A stretch of DNA of 64,000 nucleotides from Amoebidium appalachense (lineage: Eukaryota; Protista; Ichthyosporea): assembly GCA_963693365.1 (NCBI GenBank), contig CAVNZM010000004.1:9948468-10012467 (forward strand), given 5' to 3'. Numbering within the stretch: position 1 is the stretch's first letter; each line of letters begins with the position of its first letter. Both the position numbers and the translations under genes were made by a program. This document shows positions 56,968-64,000 of the stretch, piece by piece. The notes under the pieces were generated by a model, which was not told the origin of the DNA, made no database searches, and saw only the letters and a list, made by a program, of their open reading frames with translations.

Positions 56968-57585
56968 GTTGGAGCGTCGTATATACGCGGGCTAAGGGGC
57001 GAAACTCAGACCATGATGACTTGGGCCCTCCCTGAGGATGGGCTCTGCTTATGACGCATACTGTGCGCACGGCTGATGTTGCATACTTGAATGTTTGCCT
57101 TTGCATGTGTCTCATCGTGTATGCGTACTTCGTACTGTGTTCCGCATTCAAACCCCCTGTCTTCTTTCAGAGGTGTCCTTTCAGGACAGACCACTGTGTG
57201 GAGACATCTTTACTCCATGCAACCGGGCATGGTTGCTCTGTGTCGTGCATCTGTAAGCACATACGCGTTTTTCGCTGCACTGCATTAGTTTGCACACACA
57301 TCTTCACCGTTTTGCTCACCTTGCTTGCATAAGCAACCCTGCTCGTCTTTGATCAAGACGGGTTGACCCACCCAAGTTCAGTTGATGCTGCTGTCTGAGT
57401 TGGAGCGTCGTATATACGCGGGCTAAGGGGTCGAAACTCAGACGCAATGATGACTTGGGCCCTCCCTGAGGATGGGCTCTGCTTATGACGCATACTGTGC
57501 GCACGGCTGATGTTGCATACTTGAATGTTTGCCTTTGCATGTGTCTCATCATGTATGCGTACTTCGTACTGTGTTCCGCATTCAA
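56968..57585 (+). repeat. Two adjacent copies (56968-57152, 57322-57585) of a subfamily of the repeat family
   Basis: GTTGGAGCGTCGTATATACGCGGGCTAAGGGG..CGAAACTCAGAC...CCTGAGGATGGGCTCTGCTTATGACGCATAC...TACTTCGTACTGTGTTCCGCATTCAA occurs twice, each followed by C runs. Another fragment is at ~59311-59380. Confidence 0.85.
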
Positions 57586-57917
57586 CCCCCCCCCCCCCCC
57601 CACAATGGACTCTATTTGTGTTGCATCCTCGCTTTATGCTGCCTTTTCTGCTTTGGCTTGCCTCTTATATGTTGCTATCACCCGATAGGGGTGTGTGGCA
57701 ACGTGTTCCATATGTTTTGTGTGACCATTCTGTGCAGTGTACCCACTTAAAGCCCACTCCTCCGCTTTTCCCCCTTCCCCCCTTCCCCTTTAAGGATACA
57801 ATCAGTCAAGAGGCAGTACAGGATAGTGGGTAGAGAGTTTCTGTGTGTCACGGTGTGTGCCTGTGGGTGTGTGCTGTTGTGTGTGTGTGTGTTGTGTGTG
57901 TGTGATGTGTGTGTGTG

Positions 57918-58009
<92 letters not shown>

Positions 58010-58538
58010 TATTTGTGTGTGTGGAGGTGTGTGTGTGGTGTGTGTGTGTGTGTGTGTGTGTGGGTGTGGGGGTGTGTGTGTGTGTGTGTGTGTGGTTTTG
58101 TGTGTGTGTGGATGTGGGGGGTGGGTGGGTAAGAGAAGGGGAAGAGAAGGATGAGGGAGGGGAGAAGGGGGAACTTTGAAAGAGAGAAGGGAGGGGGGGG
58201 GGGGAAGCGTGTATGTGTGTGCCTGTGTGTGTACGTTAGAGAAGGGGAGGGGGAGAAGGGGGAGAGGTAGGGTAGGGAGAAAGGGAGGGAAGGAGAGTGG
58301 GTGGGTGGGTGGAGGGAAGGAGGGAGGGGGAGAAAGGGTAGAGGGAGAAAGGATAGAGGGAGGGAGGGGGAAAGACAGAAAGAGAGGGGCAAAGAGAGGA
58401 GGGCAGTCGGTAAAGGGGAAGGGTGGGAGGGTGGGACGGAGAGGGAGAAGGGGGAAGGGGAGAATTAGGCAGGGGGGGGCCGAGAGCAAGAGGGGGGGTG
58501 GGGAGGGTGTGGGCGGTTGTGTGTGTATGTGTGTGTGT

Positions 58539-58569
<31 letters not shown>

Positions 58570-58675
58570 TGGAGGGAGGGGTTGGATGGGGGATTCGGTT
58601 GGGAATGGGTTCTTTTTAGAACTGGCAACCATTAACCAGCTATTCTCTCACCCTGTCTTTGTCTTCACTCTGCAG

Positions 58676-58993
58676 CTTATGGCAATAATGGCAACCGTTC
58701 CTTGGCTGAGTGTGGTATGGAGGTTGGGCCTTTCGACAGTGATGGCTCTGACGATGACGATGAGGGGTCAAGTGATGAGAGCCCCGGTCCATTCAACGTG
58801 TCAACATGTGTGCGCCTAGCAGGCCGCAAGCTCAATGCCCGGCGTGCAATGCGCAAGCTGATTGGGTCTGTGCACAGCTTTGAGGGGTTTGCTTTAGCAG
58901 CGCAGGACCCGGATCATCTGCTCTTCACTATTGTGTTCTTTGACGAGGCCGTGGCAGCAGACATACAGCTTGCCAGGTGCTTCCTGCCGAACC

Positions 58994-59025
<32 letters not shown>

Positions 59026-61587
59026 CCTTCCCCTCCAATGCCCCCCCGCTCCTCCCTCTCGCCTCTCCCCCCTTTCCCCGCAGGGCCTCCTCCCCCTTTC
59101 CCCCATCCTCCCCCCCCCCCCCTCGCCCCGCCCTTTTCTGCACCCTCCTCCCCCTCTCCTCCTTCCCACAATCCTTCCTCCCAACTGCTCCACCTCCTTA
59201 CTTCCTTGCACGTATCAATCCATCTCTCCTTCCAACCCAAGTGACACCAGTTTTTTGTCAGACAACCTGCCTCCCCAGGCCCACTTATTATGCCTGTCCT
59301 GTCCCCCCCCTGCATACTTAATTGTTTGCCTTTGCATGTGTCCTTGTGTTTGCGTACTTCGTACCGTGTTCCGCATTCAAGCCCCCCCCCCCCCCCCCCC
59401 CCCCTTCCCCCCCCTCAGAAGGGCCTCTGCCCATTCGTCCCTCCTTTTCAAGTCCTCCGTTACCTCTTACCTCCCCTAATTCTCATTTCTCTCTATACCT
59501 ATATCTTCCATCCTACCTTTTTGGAAGCTCCCTGCTTCTCTTCCACCTATTTGAAAGCATCTGCATCTATCCCCCCCCTGTTCATAGCCCCTCCTTCATC
59601 AGTACTCCCTTACATCTGCCTGGCCCCCTTCAGAGTGCCCCCCCCCCCCCCCCCCCCCTCCCCCCCCCCCCACCTCCCCATCCCCCCCCACCTCCCCCCC
59701 CCCCCACCTCCCCCCCCCCCACACCCCTCCCTCTTTCACACACATGCACACACGAACACACCCATGCATGCACGCGTGCACCCTCCCTCGCATCCACGAG
59801 CACGCGCACACACTCTTATTCACTTATAGAATTGTTAATAGTCTAATGCTCCTTTACCCCCCCCTCCCCCCCCCCCCCCCCCTGTAATCTTCGCTTATTT
59901 ATGGGTGTGTGTGTGTGTGTGTGTGTGTTGTGCGGGGTTGCACACACCGGTGTCTACTTTTCTTCCTACTTTTTTTCTCTCCACACACTTCACCTGTCCA
60001 CTTCTGCATACCCCCTCTCATAGCTATAGACACACTTCACACATTGCGTTACGCGCACGCACACATGCACACACCGCTCTGTTGGCGACAGCTCCCTTGG
60101 AACCCATGCGGCATGTTACCCACCGGCGTAACATAACTCGGACTATCGATTTGGCTTTTTTCAAGCCCAAAGCAATATAGCATATTTCCGGCTGACATCC
60201 GGGGGCATAGCTTTCCGTTCGAAGACGTTAAAGTTCCGCTTCAGTAAGCGTGTTACTACCCTGCGGCGTGGGTCAAATCTCATATTTTCCCCTCTGATTG
60301 CGAATTCTGCGGCCTTCGGGACTTTATTCTTTTCAGCTGGTGTAGTATGTTAGCCAGGGAAGTATCGACTTAGGTAGCGACGGGGGAGCTTCCTAGAAGC
60401 CCCGTTTCCTGAGTTCCTATCTATATTTTTCTTGCTTCTGCTTACTGCTGCAACTTTAACCCCCGGCCTTTCCCACTGCCCTTGCCTGCATAAGCAACCC
60501 TGCTCGTCTCTGATCAAGACGGGTGACCTACCCATGTTCAAGTGAAACAGTATCTGAGTTGGGTTCCGTTAACGAGGTGAATAGGTCGAAACTCGGGTAC
60601 TGTGGATGACGTGGGCCCCCCCTGAGGATGCGCTCTGCTTATTATGCATACTCTTTATGTATGGCTTGCATTCTGCATCGTGTTATCCGTTTGTTCTTGT
60701 GTACTTCCTACTTTTTGACCCATTTAAACCCCCCCCCCCCCCCCCCCCCGCTCCCCACGCACACACACACACACACACATCTTTGTTGCACGCACCTGCG
60801 CTCACAGCCACGAGCGCACGCACACACACAGACGCGCGCGCACACGTCTATCCACCCATATAGCTGTTAATAATCTAATGCCCCCCCCCCCCCCCCCCCC
60901 CCCCCTCCACCCACCCATCCACACACACACACACGCCAAGGTTTCCCTTGTTCTGCTCCTCGGCCTTTCCGCCTCCCCCTAATCTGTCTCTCTCTCCTCC
61001 GCCTCTCTCTGCCTCCCCCCCCCCCCCCCCCCGTCCCACCCCACCCCACCACCACCGCCCTACCACCATCCCACTTCTTGTCTTTGCTTATTCTTCCTTG
61101 TGATGTGCAACACAGGGACATATCCGGGCCACCTGAGGTCCAGCAACAACGCCTTCTTCAAATTCTGGGTGCCTGGAGAATGGAGCTTATGGAAACACCA
61201 GGTGACGGCAACTGTTTGTTTCATTCGGTGTGGCATTATGTAAATAAGTGTCTACAAAGCGGTCATGTCGCTACCCGTGAACATCTCAACACATTGGGGT
61301 TTACAGCTAATATGGAGCCTATAGAGGCGATTGGACGGCTACGCGAACTAATGGTAAATGAATGCCGGCGAAATCTAGCAGAATACCAAGGATTCCTTTC
61401 AAGGGTGACCCTCGCAGATGTAGCTGATGATTTCCGCTGTCCTCGGCATGCCCATTTTGCTTCTGCGGATTCGGCGGATGAATTCCAAAGCACCCAACAG
61501 TCTGGGGGTGATTTCCCCCTAGCCAGCACCAGCACCATCCGCAAGCGTTCCACCCCAGTTATTATCACACATACCCGAGCACGATAG
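58676..61587 (+). CDS. Spliced gene with OTU-like cysteine protease domain (partial model; possibly truncated or transposon-derived)
   Basis: Exon 58676-58976 (acidic stretch, then helical region) joins exon 61116-61587 in phase 2. The second exon encodes ETPGDGNCLFHSV (OTU Asp/Cys motif) and LRELMVNE. No downstream catalytic-His motif is seen before the stop. Upstream exon(s) may lie near 56582-56940. Confidence 0.6.
60459..60728 (+). repeat. Dispersed ~270-bp interspersed repeat family, reference copy
   Basis: Runs CCCCGGCCTTTCCCACTGCCC...GTCGAAACTCGGGTACTGTGGATGACGTGGGCCCCCCCTGAGGATG.GCTCTGCTTAT...TACTTTTTGACCCATTTAAA into a poly-C run. Near-identical reverse-complement copies lie at 12626-12890 and 38071-38267. 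Confidence 0.9.
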
Positions 61588-62398
61588 CCAGTGCACAATG
61601 TAGTGTCTGTCAACTGACTTTAGCAATCCCTCCCCATTTGTGTCATACTTTATACTTAAATGCAATGATGTAGGTGCAAGGCCATGTTGTATGCTCTGGT
61701 CACCGCTTTTGGCATCCGCCTGCTCAGTTTTAGTGTCACGGATAATAGGTGGGAGTGAGCCAATCCCTCCACGTAGTTTTTTATTTTTCTAATTGTTATT
61801 GTGGCTGCCAGCTGCTTTGGGGTCAGGTGGCAAACGTAGAGCATGTCTAGTAGGTTCGATTAGTATGGGATTTGGCATCATGATGCCAAGTTAATACTTA
61901 AGAATCAGTTTGTTAGGTGTTAGTTGCAACATTTAACTTCCAGTAATGTTCAGCATGTCATAGTGGTAGTTTATGATTGTAATGTTACTTACAGTTTAAC
62001 TGTAATGTCACGGTGTATGTAGAGTATGCTATGTCACATTCAATGCACACACGCACGGCACATACACACGAACATGCACACATGTACACGCACCCACATA
62101 CACGTCAAGCACACACTACATCCATCCATGCGACATTCGCCTTTTTAATACCTATGATATCATTACGCGTAGTCAAAATACCATAATAATAATGTGTAGA
62201 AGTGATTGCAGGTCACTTTCACATGCTGCAGCTGTTTAATTAATAATGACACTAATGGCACAAGCACACTGCAGATTCGGATTCCCCCCCCCCCCCCCCC
62301 CCCCCCCGAAATTTTTGGTTGCGGTGGCGGCGGCGGCGGCGGCGGCGGGCGCCGGGGCGCCGGGGGGGAGGGGGGGGGGGGGGGGGGGGGGGCGGGGG

Positions 62399-62437
<39 letters not shown>

Positions 62438-62862
62438 GAGGGGGGAGGGGGGGGGGGGGGGGAAGAGCTGGGAAACGAGGGTGTAACCCGAAAAAGCAAA
62501 TTTGCCGGAACACTGACCAATCAGAACGCGTAAGCCGAAATCTGTACATTCCATCCCGAAACTGACCAATAGGACCGCGAATGGCTCATTGTTTTTGGTA
62601 AACAGAGGCGGCCGGCCGGCGGCGGCCAGACACGCGCACAGACTTGTTGTTTTTGCGTACTGCTTCGTGAGATTTGGAGAGATTTTTGCTTTTGAGATTT
62701 CACTGGGCTTTGAGATTTAATAGACACAGGCACAGAGACGTTATTTTGCATGCTGTTTTTTATTGAGGCATTGCTCTGGCACAGCCAGGCTAGCAACCAT
62801 CGATTAGATTGATACTTGAGATTTATAAGATTACAGCCTGAGATCTAAGGTTACCATTCAAG

Positions 62863-64000
62863 ATGTTCAGCGAGAGCCAGGAAGAGTTTGAAGATGATCT
62901 GTTGCGGGCACTGGATGCCGACCCGCAGCAGGTCCTGCAGGCCCACCCCTTCCTGCAGGCCATGTTGGCCCCACCACCCCCACCCCCACCCCTCCCCGGC
63001 CAGCCCCCCGCCCCCGCCCCCATCAATCACCCCGATGACCCCCAGATCATTGCCATGCCGGCCGAGGGCAACTGGCGACTGCGTTCCCGTGTAGATGACA
63101 TGCAGGCACGGGGACTGGGTGTGCGTGGCCACACCCTCGAGTACCAACCCCTGCGCACCCTTGACGTGACTGAGTTCCCCCAGTTTTTTGCAGCCATGCT
63201 GTTCGATGCCATGGCCCGTGCAGATGTGCAGGCGGGGGACATGCTGATTGTGCGTATCATCAGCCTGCACGTGCAGGCCAACGGTGTGGACAACCAGGTG
63301 GGGGATGATGGCAACCCCAACGCCGACGTGACCAACCGTCGTGTGTTTACTGCCGGCCCCATGGAGGTGTTCAATGGTGATGTCAACGCCGTGGTGCTCA
63401 AGCTGATGGAGAACATACGGCAACGCACCCAGAGTGCAGCCGAGACCTTCATGGACGGCAGATCCACCGTGCATCTGACGGTGGCCCGACCCAAGGACAT
63501 GGTGAGGAGGGGGGCCTGCGGGTCCCTGTCCACCACCATGGGGGTGAATGCACGGTGGCTGCAGGATCTGGTGGAGGCCAAGGCCGTGGTGGATGTGACC
63601 GCCCTCGTGCAGGCTGCTCGCAGCACCGACGACCCACAGGTGACCGGGGAGAGGGCCCTCGACCACCAGCAGCTGCACGGCTTTGCCTACGGCCCCAACT
63701 GTGCCCAGCTGTGCCTGTTGTACAGCATGGTGATGTGAGTGAAGAAGGCAGCCAATGGCAACGAGCAGGCCAGCCTGCCCACCGAGCACACACGCAAGGT
63801 GCTGGCCAAGGGGGGCAACCTCATGGATCGCAAGGACCACCACGTGCTGTGCCACCTGCTGACCCCGGAGGAGGTGTTGGGGGCCGGCAACACGACCCTG
63901 GGGGTGTCGAGATCTTCCGGCTGTGGGGTGTGCAACCTGCTACTCCCCCCCACAGATCCAAGGAGCCACCACCAAGACCGTTACCTGCGGAGATTGGTGA
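62863..64000 (+). mobile_element. GC-rich intronless ORF resembling the N-terminal region of a Polinton/adintovirus protein-primed DNA polymerase B; in-frame TGA at 63736-63738; runs off the window
   Basis: Abrupt switch to GC3-rich, microsatellite-free, intronless coding sequence. The segment NAVVLKLMENIRQRTQSAAETFMDGRSTVHLTVARP...KAVVDV...NCAQLCL resembles, from memory, the 'L..IE..LQS...F..D....I....V..P ... K.SII.I ... LC' pattern upstream of the catalytic domains of Polinton pPolB. No polymerase motifs fall inside the window. Confidence 0.45.

Noticed and set aside
62851-63855. 334-aa minus-strand ORF
   Set aside because: Antisense shadow of the GC3-rich plus-strand ORF.

Overview
This is an intron-rich eukaryotic genomic window whose introns and spacers are packed with poly-C/poly-G runs and (CA)n/(GT)n microsatellites, so almost all ORFs in the supplied track are low-complexity noise. 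I assembled exons by hand using GT-AG sites and phase continuity. This gave a 3-exon C2H2 zinc-finger gene (+), a 12-exon mevalonate kinase (-), a 7-exon CsgA/C-factor-like short-chain dehydrogenase (+), the last exon of a PHPT1/Janus phosphohistidine phosphatase (+) and a spliced OTU-domain gene (+). The main result is one 19-exon gene (-, 48041..31005, ~572 aa). It fuses an array of 14 Cys-Pro (heme-regulatory-motif-like) dipeptides, 10 of them on five 96-nt symmetric exons, to a MAPR/PGRMC-type cytochrome b5-like heme-binding domain, six ankyrin repeats and a C-terminal CaaX box (CVVM). The window also holds a dispersed structured repeat family that ends at poly-C tracts, a Penelope-like retroelement remnant, and, at the right edge, a GC-rich intronless ORF resembling the N-terminus of a Polinton/adintovirus DNA polymerase. 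A unicellular holozoan such as an ichthyosporean is a guess for the source, not something shown. No database searches were run, and all exon models need RNA-seq confirmation.
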